From: a virus
IMG/VR virus record: IMGVR_UViG_3300009105_000002
Coordinates: 31,320 to 95,319 of that record
DNA: 64,000 bases
Strand: one strand, 5' to 3'
The notes beneath the pieces were generated by a model that saw nothing but the letters and a program-made list of their open reading frames with translations, was not told the origin of the DNA and did not search any database. Position numbers and translations under genes: made by a program. Below are positions 55,148-63,872 of the stretch, in pieces; the stretch's first letter is position 1; each line of letters opens with the position of its first letter.

Positions 55148-55983
55148 AATGCACCATAAACCCAAACCGTTATAAAACAAATTATAGGGTGGAGAAACCA
55201 AGCTCTATCTTTTATTTTTAAATACCCCCAGCAGCCTCTCAATAGTGGCTCTATCCATGTGATACTCAAAACAACAAACAAAAGTAGTTTTAATACATCT
55301 TTTGTGTTTCCTACCATGTGCCATCTTCGGTTTTTTCCGAGACTTTCCGCGTAATGAAACCTTTTTTTTATCCATAACCATAGCGAGTCTCCTGTCTGAT
55401 GATGGACTGGATAAGTCAATAATGCATAATGATAATAGCCCATCCTTCTTAAATCTTCGCAATTATCTATGTGAGAATAGTGCTCTAAATCTGTTTTCAT
55501 AATCAAATCTCTGCGAATAAAAAATCCATTATCCCCTAATGTATCAACGCTTTTTTTGAAGAAATTTATTCTATGAATTATTTGTTTTTTATAATAAGGG
55601 AATCTATCGCATTTACTTAAATAGAAAGGCACGGGATCATTGCAACCAAATAATGCAAAATAACGATTTAAAATAGGATCAAATTGGATATATTCATAGT
55701 GGAACGAATAAGCCCCAATAGCATACGAGCCATCAAGTAGTTGTTCAGCTTCTTTAAATGAGTTTTTATGCAAAAATTCACAATCACTCGCCATAAAACA
55801 CACTATCTCACCTGTTGCTTTTTTCAAGCCAATAGCTTTAGCAGACTCAGGAGTGCCTTCGGTAATTACCAAGACTTCTACTAAATCTTTCGGATAGTCT
55901 TGCGTTTCGATAGACCGAAGACACTCCTTGAGTTTTGGATCGTCATTAGATTTGCTTGCGATGATGATACTAATTTTTTTCAA
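55075..55983 (-). CDS. GT2 glycosyltransferase with C-terminal TM helices (degenerate DxD)
   Basis: ISIII, L.SI..QDYP, G...ATGE..CFMASD; TTG start after GGGAG. Confidence 0.8.
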   Translation of the reverse strand: MKKISIIIASKSNDDPKLKECLRSIETQDYPKDLVEVLVITEGTPESAKAIGLKKATGEIVCFMASDCEFLHKNSFKEAEQLLDGSYAIGAYSFHYEYIQFDPILNRYFALFGCNDPVPFYLSKCDRFPYYKKQIIHRINFFKKSVDTLGDNGFFIRRDLIMKTDLEHYSHIDNCEDLRRMGYYHYALLTYPVHHQTGDSLWLWIKKRFHYAESLGKNRRWHMVGNTKDVLKLLLFVVLSITWIEPLLRGCWGYLKIKDRAWFLHPIICFITVWVYGALCLKQVWLCVARGVRTNFINANSL

Positions 55984-56290
55984 GCATATCTCCCGTGCTC
56001 GAAAGTGCGCAAAGCATGGTTCCGTTTTTATATTCAAGATTTATTCCTCCAGTAGCAAGTCCAACTTCTTGTGTTCCTGCTCCTGCACAAAGATATTTCG
56101 TCTGTGGGTAATCCCAATACCAATGATATGGATAATGGTGATGGTCTTCTCGTATAACTTCCCTTACCACCTTTTCACCGAACATATCTTCCAACGCCTT
56201 TTTAAGCTTTCGTGCGTCAGTTACTGATAGGGTAATTTCTTTCTTCCCCAAGAGTATCTTGATTTCAGTAATTTCAACATTCTTTTCCAT
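55970..56290 (-). CDS. Hypothetical phage protein
   Basis: RBS GAGGAGG. Confidence 0.5.
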   Translation of the reverse strand: MEKNVEITEIKILLGKKEITLSVTDARKLKKALEDMFGEKVVREVIREDHHHYPYHWYWDYPQTKYLCAGAGTQEVGLATGGINLEYKNGTMLCALSSTGDMLEKN

Positions 56291-56326
56291 ATCTCCTCCT
56301 CGTTGGGCTATGGCGCAACGCCACAG

Positions 56327-57289
56327 CTAATCCGCCTCCACCATTTTTTTAACCATTTCTGCAAAGCCCATTTTCGGAAACCAATTTAATTCTTCGCCAG
56401 CTTTTGTCGCATCACCCTTAAGGCAATCTACTTCCGCAGGGCGCTTAAATTTATCGCTTATTCTGGTATGTTTTTCCCAATCTACAATTCCAATACATCT
56501 AAAAGCGACTTCTATAAAGTTTTCTACAGAATTAGCGGTTCCTGTTGCAAACACATAATCATCTGCAATATCTTGTTGTAGCGTTTTCCAAAAACCCTTC
56601 ACATAATCCGGCGCATAGCCCCAATCTCTTTTAGCGTCGATATTGCCAAGGACGAGTTGACTTTTTATTTCTCCGTGCGTAAGGAGCTCTCTTTTCATCT
56701 GAGCAACTGTCTTGCTAATTTTCCTTGAGACAAATTCTTCGCCACGCCTTTCTGACTCATGATTAAACGATATCCCACAACATATAAACAGGTTGTAAGC
56801 TTCTCTATAATTAACCATTACCCTATGAGCAAAACACTTCGCGCAGCCATAAGGTGAGCGGGGATAAAATGGGGTGGTTTCCTTTTGAGGCGTTTCTTTG
56901 ACCTTGCCGAACATTTCGCTTGAAGAAGCATGAAAGACCTTGCTATCTTTAGAAGACTGTCTTACTGCCTCTATGAGCCTCAAAGCACCCAAACCTGTAA
57001 CGTCGGCAGTATATACCGGCTCGTCAAAAGAGAATTTGACAAAACTCTGTGCTGCAAGATTATATACCTCGTCAGGCTTTATAAGGGCAAGGTTCTTACG
57101 CAAGCTTTCAGATCTCGTTATATCCCCGCTTACAAGCTCGATCCTATTAAGGATATGTCGGATCCTCCATAAAGAAGGCGTTGAGTGCCTTCTTATAAGT
57201 CCATACACCTTATAATCCTTTTCTACTAACAGATCTGCCAAATGTGATCCGTCCATACCAGTAATGCCTGTGATAAAAGCTATCTTCAT
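56327..57289 (-). CDS. gmd: GDP-mannose 4,6-dehydratase
   Basis: ITGITG.DGS.LA, PDEVYNLAAQS.V..SF, ASSSEMFG, PFYPRSPYG.AK, NHES.RRG..FV.RKI, RDWG.A.DYV, RPAEV. Confidence 0.95.
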   Translation of the reverse strand: MKIAFITGITGMDGSHLADLLVEKDYKVYGLIRRHSTPSLWRIRHILNRIELVSGDITRSESLRKNLALIKPDEVYNLAAQSFVKFSFDEPVYTADVTGLGALRLIEAVRQSSKDSKVFHASSSEMFGKVKETPQKETTPFYPRSPYGCAKCFAHRVMVNYREAYNLFICCGISFNHESERRGEEFVSRKISKTVAQMKRELLTHGEIKSQLVLGNIDAKRDWGYAPDYVKGFWKTLQQDIADDYVFATGTANSVENFIEVAFRCIGIVDWEKHTRISDKFKRPAEVDCLKGDATKAGEELNWFPKMGFAEMVKKMVEAD

Positions 57290-57733
57290 CTATTTACCTC
57301 CATTAAGTTCTTTAGCGATAGCAGATGCAATTGCTTCTTTACATTGTTCTATTTGTTCTCCGTCTAGAGTGATAATATGGCCTTCAAAAGAGGCGACACA
57401 TTGATAAGCTAATCGTTCCATTACCTTCTCATCAACCCTCGGTGCGGAGAATTTAAGAGTTCCAATAGCCTCTCTAGCCATATCAAAACCCTGTCTTATA
57501 AAAGAATTATACTTTTCATCAAGGCTATCTTTAGGGAAATTTGGTAAATCTTTTACTAATTTATATTTGGGTGCAGAGAATTTACTGACTATGGCTTGGG
57601 CAATATCCCTACTACCTAAACATCGTTCTATGCTGCATACATTTTCTAATATAATTTCTTCTACCTTCTCCACATCTAAACCCTGTCTACCACACTTATC
57701 GCATTTCCCTGTCTTCATAGTTACCTCACTCAC
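57290..57733 (-). CDS. Hypothetical phage protein with an internal KFSAP repeat
   Basis: ORF in operon. Confidence 0.45.
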   Translation of the reverse strand: MSEVTMKTGKCDKCGRQGLDVEKVEEIILENVCSIERCLGSRDIAQAIVSKFSAPKYKLVKDLPNFPKDSLDEKYNSFIRQGFDMAREAIGTLKFSAPRVDEKVMERLAYQCVASFEGHIITLDGEQIEQCKEAIASAIAKELNGGK

Positions 57734-58116
57734 TTTAAGGTCGGATTATTGGGCATTGCGTCCTCTTTATGTAAATCCGGATTACGTGAATCAAACGCCT
57801 TTGAATAGCCGACCAATAGTTTTGAGAAACTTGCCGCATTGGTTATCGTATGAATATCCATAGGTTCAACCACAAAAACTTCCCCCTCAACAAACCGCGT
57901 CGTAACGCTGGCAACCGCATTTACCCTCTTGATATAAACGTCAACCTCTCCGTCTAAAACATAAAAATACTCGTATTTGTTTTTATGGTAATGATTTCCC
58001 CACGGCTCTTTGTTCGCCATTTCTAAGATGTTGATTTGCTTGAGCCTTGTTGTAAAGAGTTGGAGGAGCCTGCCTCTTGAGTCTTCCCGAACAAGTTCAA
58101 TTCGTTTTCTGCGCAT
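57730..58116 (-). CDS. Cupin, NDP-sugar isomerase/epimerase-like (WxcM/FdtA/RmlC type)
   Basis: D.RG.L, GNHYH....EYFYV..G, P...H. Confidence 0.75.
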   Translation of the reverse strand: MRRKRIELVREDSRGRLLQLFTTRLKQINILEMANKEPWGNHYHKNKYEYFYVLDGEVDVYIKRVNAVASVTTRFVEGEVFVVEPMDIHTITNAASFSKLLVGYSKAFDSRNPDLHKEDAMPNNPTLK

Positions 58117-59651
58117 GATTTTATCTCCTTATCAAGTAAATTTAAGTCTTTTTGAATCATGTCCTTAAACACGTTTGATTGTAAAGTGTCTTCATAAAAC
58201 GGTGTTTTTGTTTGTTCGGCAAGTGTTCGGATAAGGTAGATTCTCGCCTCATACAGCTTCATTTGGGATTTCAGCATTAAAAGTTGATTGTAAAAAGCTA
58301 CCTCCTTATCAAAACCTCTTAATTCTCCTTCCCACCTTTTTCTGAAATGGCTTACCGGCGACTGAATTGCTTTTACAAGGTTATCCCGCGCCATACCCCA
58401 TTGCTTCTGTGCTCTTAAAACCGAATAGAGGTTGTAATAAGGGACATCATATTGTGGGTTGATCCTCGTAGCGACATTCCACATATCTACGGCGGATCCA
58501 GTTAACCCACACTTCATATAGGTTGCCCCGAGATTTGCTAATGCTACTTCGGATCGTGGGAAGTTCCATACGTTAGACTGGTAAAAAGTAATCTCGTTCT
58601 GATATGCCGGTAGTTGCTGCCACGTCCTCATTAGGTAAAGACCTATTACGAAAGCCAAGGCCACGGGATAAGGCGCGAGGAATTTCGCCATGATTATCCA
58701 TAGCCCTATGCTTGCGATATATACATACCTTTCCGCAACAAACTGGTGAATTGTGATCCAATTGAGGTAAATCCAAAGAAAAGCAAAATACCATACTATT
58801 CCAAACCTCACTACGCTATCACCGAAATAAAATAAGCACCCAAACCCTATTAGGAGCAAAACCCCGAGCCAAAAGCGATTATTCTCTTTTTCTAAAACAG
58901 GAGTATAATGAAAGCCCCACACATGGTAAAGCCCCATATTCGACGGAAAAAGCGCTAATTTTGTATAATAAAGGAGGCTTTTTGTCGCCACAATGATTTT
59001 TCGCCAACTCAATTTTGTTGAATTCCCCATACCTTGCGACTCAAAAGTATCCGTCCTTAAATTTATAGTATGCCTCACGATCTGAAAACCCATGGCCAAG
59101 GAAAGAAGTGCGCCTAAAATAATATACGAATAATGACCGAGCCATAATGTTATTACAAAAGTGGCAAGCATTGTAAAATTGCCTATGATCGCCAATGCAA
59201 GGAAGATAGCATAGAGAATTATGGAAATTCCCCAAGCGTCCGGAATGCCTAATGTCGGAATCTGCAAGGCCACTAAAGCCATAAAAAGCCCTACAATATA
59301 CCCTATTCCAGAAACCCAGCCTACTGTTTGAGCACCTAACGGCGTTACTGCGAACAAAAGACAGGTAATCCACGCCAAATGCTCTCCTATTATGTTCCTT
59401 AAGAAAAAATAAAGCATGACACAGGCGGCGTTCTTTAGGATCACGTTAAAACAATGATGATGTCGAGGGTTTTTATCGGCTACCTTAAAGCGCAGGTGTT
59501 TAAAATAATCGCCATAATAAGCATTTGCCGGCAGTTTACCGTCATACCGCACTATGCCTTCCATATCGTCAATTACAAAACCTCCCTTCCAAACAATATA
59601 CGAATAAGTCAGCCATACAAGCGCTGTAATAGATATGATATGCAAGATCAT
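58023..59651 (-). CDS. TMTC-like GT-C membrane glycosyltransferase with C-terminal TPRs
   Basis: FVIDD in the first loop, H..NV.L, LFA..P....V.W, AERY.Y..S.G, then TPR-like ALANLG..Y...G....A. Confidence 0.8.
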   Translation of the reverse strand: MILHIISITALVWLTYSYIVWKGGFVIDDMEGIVRYDGKLPANAYYGDYFKHLRFKVADKNPRHHHCFNVILKNAACVMLYFFLRNIIGEHLAWITCLLFAVTPLGAQTVGWVSGIGYIVGLFMALVALQIPTLGIPDAWGISIILYAIFLALAIIGNFTMLATFVITLWLGHYSYIILGALLSLAMGFQIVRHTINLRTDTFESQGMGNSTKLSWRKIIVATKSLLYYTKLALFPSNMGLYHVWGFHYTPVLEKENNRFWLGVLLLIGFGCLFYFGDSVVRFGIVWYFAFLWIYLNWITIHQFVAERYVYIASIGLWIIMAKFLAPYPVALAFVIGLYLMRTWQQLPAYQNEITFYQSNVWNFPRSEVALANLGATYMKCGLTGSAVDMWNVATRINPQYDVPYYNLYSVLRAQKQWGMARDNLVKAIQSPVSHFRKRWEGELRGFDKEVAFYNQLLMLKSQMKLYEARIYLIRTLAEQTKTPFYEDTLQSNVFKDMIQKDLNLLDKEIKSCAENELNLFGKTQEAGSSNSLQQGSSKSTS

Positions 59652-59839
59652 TTAACCCTTCCTTTCTTTAATGTTCGGCAGATAGGACACGGTGTCCACA
59701 TTCGTCCATGCCGATATTGTTTACCCCTCCCGCAATGGGAGCAGGTTTTTACAGTGCCTTCCAATTCCTCTGGATTATGTGCTTTTTTATAGCGTTTCAA
59801 TATTGATGGATCGTTAGTTCCTAATTCTCGAATACCCAC
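59648..59839 (-). CDS. Zinc-finger small protein
   Basis: CSHCG...CPIC. Confidence 0.5.
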   Translation of the reverse strand: MGIRELGTNDPSILKRYKKAHNPEELEGTVKTCSHCGRGKQYRHGRMWTPCPICRTLKKGRVK

Positions 59840-60020
59840 TTCATTCCTTTTTTGGCACTATCTCAACGCCATCTGTTATTCCCAAATCATTAAGCGCCTT
59901 TTCTAAATATGGCAACACACCTCTTTCACAATGAAGAACAATTAAGAGGTCGGATTTATCCCAACCCTCTTGTGTCCTTATCTCCTCAAGCATTTCTTTT
60001 AACTCTTTACTCATAGCATA

Positions 60021-60048
60021 TATATAGCTGTCGTTTTTTTTAAAAAAA
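60021..60048 (-). repeat. 28-bp inverted repeat, right copy
   Basis: Reverse complement of 39081-39108; ends 6 nt before an ATG at 60014. Confidence 0.9.
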
Positions 60049-60107
60049 GAGTTATTTACATAACTATTTATTTAAATACAAAACCCTTTAAACAGGTTTA
60101 ATACACT

Positions 60108-60494
60108 TTAAACATCTTTAAAGAGTTTGAGGATTTTGTGCTTAAATCTACGACATTTGTCGGTATTTAGCATTACATCCTTATCTGTAAGCCGGCAGAG
60201 TTTAAACCCCCTTCTTTTCATAAGACGCTCTCTCTTTCCTTCATGTTCCCTCCAGCCCTTATTTCTGTTTGCATGTGAAGATCCGTCAATTTCAATGGCG
60301 ATTTTATGTTTAAGTATGCAGAAATCTATTAAAATAATAAAGGTCGAGGAATAAAAGAGAGGGTATTGGAATATGTGCTTGATTTTGTGTTTCTTTAGGA
60401 AAGTTCGGAACTTTTTTTCGGAGAAGGTAGCTTTCCGCCGGTTTTGCTTTATGTATTTTTGGCAAGTTTTTCTTATCGTTTTACGAAAGTCCAT
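60108..60494 (-). CDS. DUF559/Vsr-like endonuclease
   Basis: T.SE, FQ, IDF, IEIDG..H, G....R. Confidence 0.8.
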   Translation of the reverse strand: MDFRKTIRKTCQKYIKQNRRKATFSEKKFRTFLKKHKIKHIFQYPLFYSSTFIILIDFCILKHKIAIEIDGSSHANRNKGWREHEGKRERLMKRRGFKLCRLTDKDVMLNTDKCRRFKHKILKLFKDV

Positions 60495-60793
60495 TTCTCA
60501 TAATCCTTTTCAAGGCTCAATTTAAACTTACGAGGCCCTTTCCACTCTATGCGCACCATGCAAGAATGTTCCATTTCAATTAGGATATTTTTAATATACT
60601 CCTCCGAGATTCGCAATGTAGTCGCAAAAGAAGTAACGTTTGAGATAACTTCTTTCCTATTCCAACCATATGTCAGCCGGATAATAAGCAAAGCAACTCT
60701 AAGCCAAGTAGGATTTGTTATGTATTTATAAATAGCTTGTAAAAGCTCATTCGCTATTTTAGTATAGCCGTGTTCGATCTGCGGACTTGCCAT
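60473..60793 (-). CDS. Lambda O-like replication protein, N-terminal wHTH only
   Basis: MASPQ.E.GYT.IANELL...RLTYGWN.K...KDYE.W. Confidence 0.8.
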   Translation of the reverse strand: MASPQIEHGYTKIANELLQAIYKYITNPTWLRVALLIIRLTYGWNRKEVISNVTSFATTLRISEEYIKNILIEMEHSCMVRIEWKGPRKFKLSLEKDYEKWTFVKR

Positions 60794-60794
60794 T

Positions 60795-61094
60795 TTAATT
60801 GCCCCTTATGTTGAATTTACTATCTGCGTCTATCAAGCCCTTACCTTTAACAACAAGGTTTTCAAGCCATATTTCTCTATTGTGGTTTAAGGCGTCAAAT
60901 ACAGGTTGCCACCTTACAAAATTCCCCATGCCCGGTTGGAGGAAAGTCCTCCAAGACTTGCCTTCTGTATCCTTGAAGAACATCCAATACATCAGTTTTT
61001 TGTTGTATTTGCTGATGTCTTTTTGTATCGAATAGGTTTTGCGGTTACATATTTGTTGACAGTGGGGACAATGGAAGTCATTTCTGCCTCGCAA
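60795..61094 (-). CDS. Hypothetical protein
   Basis: ORF between RecT-like and RepO-like genes; true start uncertain. Confidence 0.4.
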   Translation of the reverse strand: MRGRNDFHCPHCQQICNRKTYSIQKDISKYNKKLMYWMFFKDTEGKSWRTFLQPGMGNFVRWQPVFDALNHNREIWLENLVVKGKGLIDADSKFNIRGN

Positions 61095-62190
61095 GGTCTT
61101 GACATCTGCGACAGAAAATTTTATTCATAAAGTTCTTTTTAGAATACTCCACTACCCTTGGATCGTTTATTACGGTTCCACACTTGCCGTTTTGACACAC
61201 TATAACCTCCGGCGCCTTTTCCTCTGGAGGTAGCACTTCCGGCACTTCCTCCTTAGCGTTTAATTCAGCCATATAGTTTTGGCAATGTTCAGTAACTTGC
61301 GCCAGTTCCTTTTTGTTAAGGTCGCGCATCATCGCCTCTTGGTTGTTCTTAAAGTAGTTCATAAGTTCTTCGCCGGTTTTACAGGTGGAGGCACCTTCCC
61401 TATATTGATCAAGCTTGGTCTTGGGTGTGTTGCCGGTTACCAATTCGCTATATCGAGTAGCTATGGTTTCTTCTGCCACAAGCCTATCAGCGTCTATAAG
61501 TTGCTTTAATTCAGTATCTATGCTCCTCTTAAAGAGGTTGACTTTCTCCGGATCCGTTATCTTGGGGAGTTCTTCGCGAATTGTGAACATCAGTTCCGAA
61601 TAGTGCTCTTGATACTTCTCGCCTTGGAGCATTTCCTCTGACTTTTCAACAGTAACGGCTATTTCTTCATTGTCTAAATGAGCCTCGATTTCTTCTGGAG
61701 TGTAAATGCCTGCGATAACGTCGGGAGCAACTACTCTCGCACACATAGAGATAGCCCTTGCTCTGCACATATTCTTTGGATATTTCTTCCAATTATCCTT
61801 GTAGTTAAGGCCGGCATTTCTTGCGTCGTCCAGAGAAAAAGTAACCGTGTAAGGCGACATACCTTTTCTTTTCATCATAACCGTGCATTTCTTATCCGTA
61901 TCGTCAATTTTGATATCCTCAAGTTTCTCGCTTTTATAGAGGAGTGAAAGCATAAGTTGAGACGCCAAAGCAGTCTTGTTATCTACGATAAAGATATTCC
62001 GGATCGCCTCCATAGGGGGAAGCCCAAGTTCTCTGCCTGTCTCCATTACCAATACTGCCTGTTGCGCTGTCCGGATTTGTTTCGGCAGGAACCCTGTCTT
62101 GACCATTTGATCTGCCACCGCAAGATTTTTATTCCAATTTGTTGATAGGTCGTTCTCGCTCCTTACTGCCAATCCTCTTTCTCCGTTCAT
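61078..62190 (-). CDS. RecT/Red-beta-like ssDNA annealing protein
   Basis: G.ELGL.PM.A, A..AGL....W..YP..M..ARA, G.YT.EE; C-terminal zinc ribbon. Confidence 0.85.
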   Translation of the reverse strand: MNGERGLAVRSENDLSTNWNKNLAVADQMVKTGFLPKQIRTAQQAVLVMETGRELGLPPMEAIRNIFIVDNKTALASQLMLSLLYKSEKLEDIKIDDTDKKCTVMMKRKGMSPYTVTFSLDDARNAGLNYKDNWKKYPKNMCRARAISMCARVVAPDVIAGIYTPEEIEAHLDNEEIAVTVEKSEEMLQGEKYQEHYSELMFTIREELPKITDPEKVNLFKRSIDTELKQLIDADRLVAEETIATRYSELVTGNTPKTKLDQYREGASTCKTGEELMNYFKNNQEAMMRDLNKKELAQVTEHCQNYMAELNAKEEVPEVLPPEEKAPEVIVCQNGKCGTVINDPRVVEYSKKNFMNKIFCRRCQDLARQK

Positions 62191-62474
62191 AATTCAATCC
62201 TCCTGTTTAAGTCAAGAAGAAGGTGGTTTGTGTTTAAAATTCTTGTCTTTATTTCCTTCAATACGTCAGTTAATGTTGCACTTGGAGGGGGAGGGGGTTC
62301 TTTAGCAATAGCTTCCCCTGGTGTAGGAGGGGTGGGAGTCAACGCCGATTGAATTTTTCCTTCAAGCTGTGCTACAAAATTTGACTGCTGATCCAAGACA
62401 TTTAAAATCTGCTCAACTTCCTTAGTTACTTTACTTTGAGTCTTTTCCGTTGTTAGCCCTCCTGTTCCATTCAT
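62187..62474 (-). CDS. Hypothetical protein
   Basis: RBS AGGAGG; Pro-rich linker. Confidence 0.5.
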   Translation of the reverse strand: MNGTGGLTTEKTQSKVTKEVEQILNVLDQQSNFVAQLEGKIQSALTPTPPTPGEAIAKEPPPPPSATLTDVLKEIKTRILNTNHLLLDLNRRIEL

Positions 62475-62632
62475 AAAACCTCCTATTGTTTATTGAAACT
62501 TTTTTCAATTTCCAAAGCCTCGTCGCGTGATTTAGTTACTTCAACGCGAATCATTTTAAATATATTCTTATAAATTTGACGCGTCTCTTTGATTAAATCT
62601 ACGACTTCCAGCATCGCGGATTCTAAATTCTG

Positions 62633-62839
62633 CTACACATCTGCTTTTGATATTTTCGCCTTTCGAGGTTTTCCTTTTTTTTCGATACCAAGAAGGCGCC
62701 GGACAACTTGTATTTTCCAAGACGGGAGAGCAATGCCATAACTCTTGAAATGCTGTATTATGTCCTTTGGTTTCCTTTGCTCCCTAACCATACTTTCCAA
62801 TTGTTGCTGATGAACGTCAGATAAAATAAGCTTCGCCAT
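62633..62839 (-). CDS. Small basic putative DNA-binding protein
   Basis: RBS AGGAGG; HTH-like helices. Confidence 0.45.
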   Translation of the reverse strand: MAKLILSDVHQQQLESMVREQRKPKDIIQHFKSYGIALPSWKIQVVRRLLGIEKKGKPRKAKISKADV

Positions 62840-62849
62840 AATAACCTCC

Positions 62850-63476
62850 TTATATTCTTACCGAGAGTTCATCCTCTTGGTAGACTTCAATTCCATCTAT
62901 CTTAAGATCGTTAGACGCGACACCGTGGACATTTTTAGAGTGAGCCCTCAAAAGTCCGTTAATCTTCTTCTCGTCTAATATCCAATATTCCTTAGGGATT
63001 TTGCTTTCATCTGCCACTTTCCACTTCCATACTTTCTTGGTAAAAGACTTGCCAAGCCCTGAATCTATCGTTACCTTGGGCTTTTCGTTGACAGTAACGG
63101 GCACATTGGAAGTATCAGTCTCAAGAAAACTACTGGTAATCTCTCTTTTTTCCTTTTCTTCCTGTGCTTTCCGCGCCTGTTCTATCCTTACCCAACCGAG
63201 CAGTTTATCCTTAAGGATTGCCTCCACCTCTTTTAACGGCGAAGTAATTACCTTGAATAGATCGTTGATGGTCTTAACGTGATCCTGCAACGGCTTGACA
63301 AAAAACTTTCTCCTGTCTTCTGCTATCTTAAAATACTTCTTACACTCCAAGAGAAGATTATTGGCGTGTTTTGACTCTAACTCCGTTTTCACTTCCATTG
63401 ACTTTGCTTTGGTGATCAAGGCAGGAACATTTTTCTCAACAATTTGGACTTGTTGATCATTGCGAATATCTTCCAT
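62850..63476 (-). CDS. Coiled-coil early protein (Gp157/Gam-like position)
   Basis: E..RK....P......IN..F; C-terminal W.W.V.D..KIP.EY...I.G. Confidence 0.55.
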   Translation of the reverse strand: MEDIRNDQQVQIVEKNVPALITKAKSMEVKTELESKHANNLLLECKKYFKIAEDRRKFFVKPLQDHVKTINDLFKVITSPLKEVEAILKDKLLGWVRIEQARKAQEEKEKREITSSFLETDTSNVPVTVNEKPKVTIDSGLGKSFTKKVWKWKVADESKIPKEYWILDEKKINGLLRAHSKNVHGVASNDLKIDGIEVYQEDELSVRI

Positions 63477-63485
63477 AAACCCTCC

Positions 63486-63599
63486 TTAGTTTAAAAAGAA
63501 ACTTATCGTTATAATCACGGTCGCTAATAAAATACAAACACCCACAACTTTTGCATTAAACGGAGCTTCTTCTAAGCGTCTTTTGTAATAGTCGTCCAT
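63486..63599 (-). CDS. 37-aa single-TM peptide (absent from the ORF track)
   Basis: RBS AAAGGAGG; MDDYYKRRLEEAPFNAKVVGVCILLATVIITISFFLN. Confidence 0.55.
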   Translation of the reverse strand: MDDYYKRRLEEAPFNAKVVGVCILLATVIITISFFLN

Positions 63600-63731
63600 A
63601 AAACCTCCTTTTTAGCGTGGTGAATAAAAGGTGAAAAAATGGTGAGGCGAAAGGTGTCCGAGGAGCATTGGTGCTAACCAACGCTTGTGGGGGAAAGCCC
63701 CACCCTTCCGCCCCATGTTGAAGGCGGACAT

Positions 63732-63772
63732 AAAAAAAAAGAGAGGATAGAGTAAAATCTATCCTCTCTTTT
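63732..63772 (-). terminator. Intrinsic terminator, possibly bidirectional
   Basis: AAAAGAGAGGATAG/CTATCCTCTCTTTT stem; T9 follows on the minus strand. Confidence 0.7.
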
Positions 63773-63872
63773 ATTTGTGTAGGTGAATTTTTTTTTACCC
63801 TCAGACATATTTTCGTTACCTTCTATTCTCTTTATGTCCGAAGGTCTATTTAATTCTGGTGAATTATTTTAA

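Noticed and set aside
41660-59651. DNA hypermodification cluster
   Set aside because: No thymidylate-synthase-like, TET/JBP, nucleotide kinase, 7-deazaguanine or polymerase genes seen; GT-C and Dpm1-like enzymes point to envelope or protein acceptors. Not fully excluded for the soluble GT2s.
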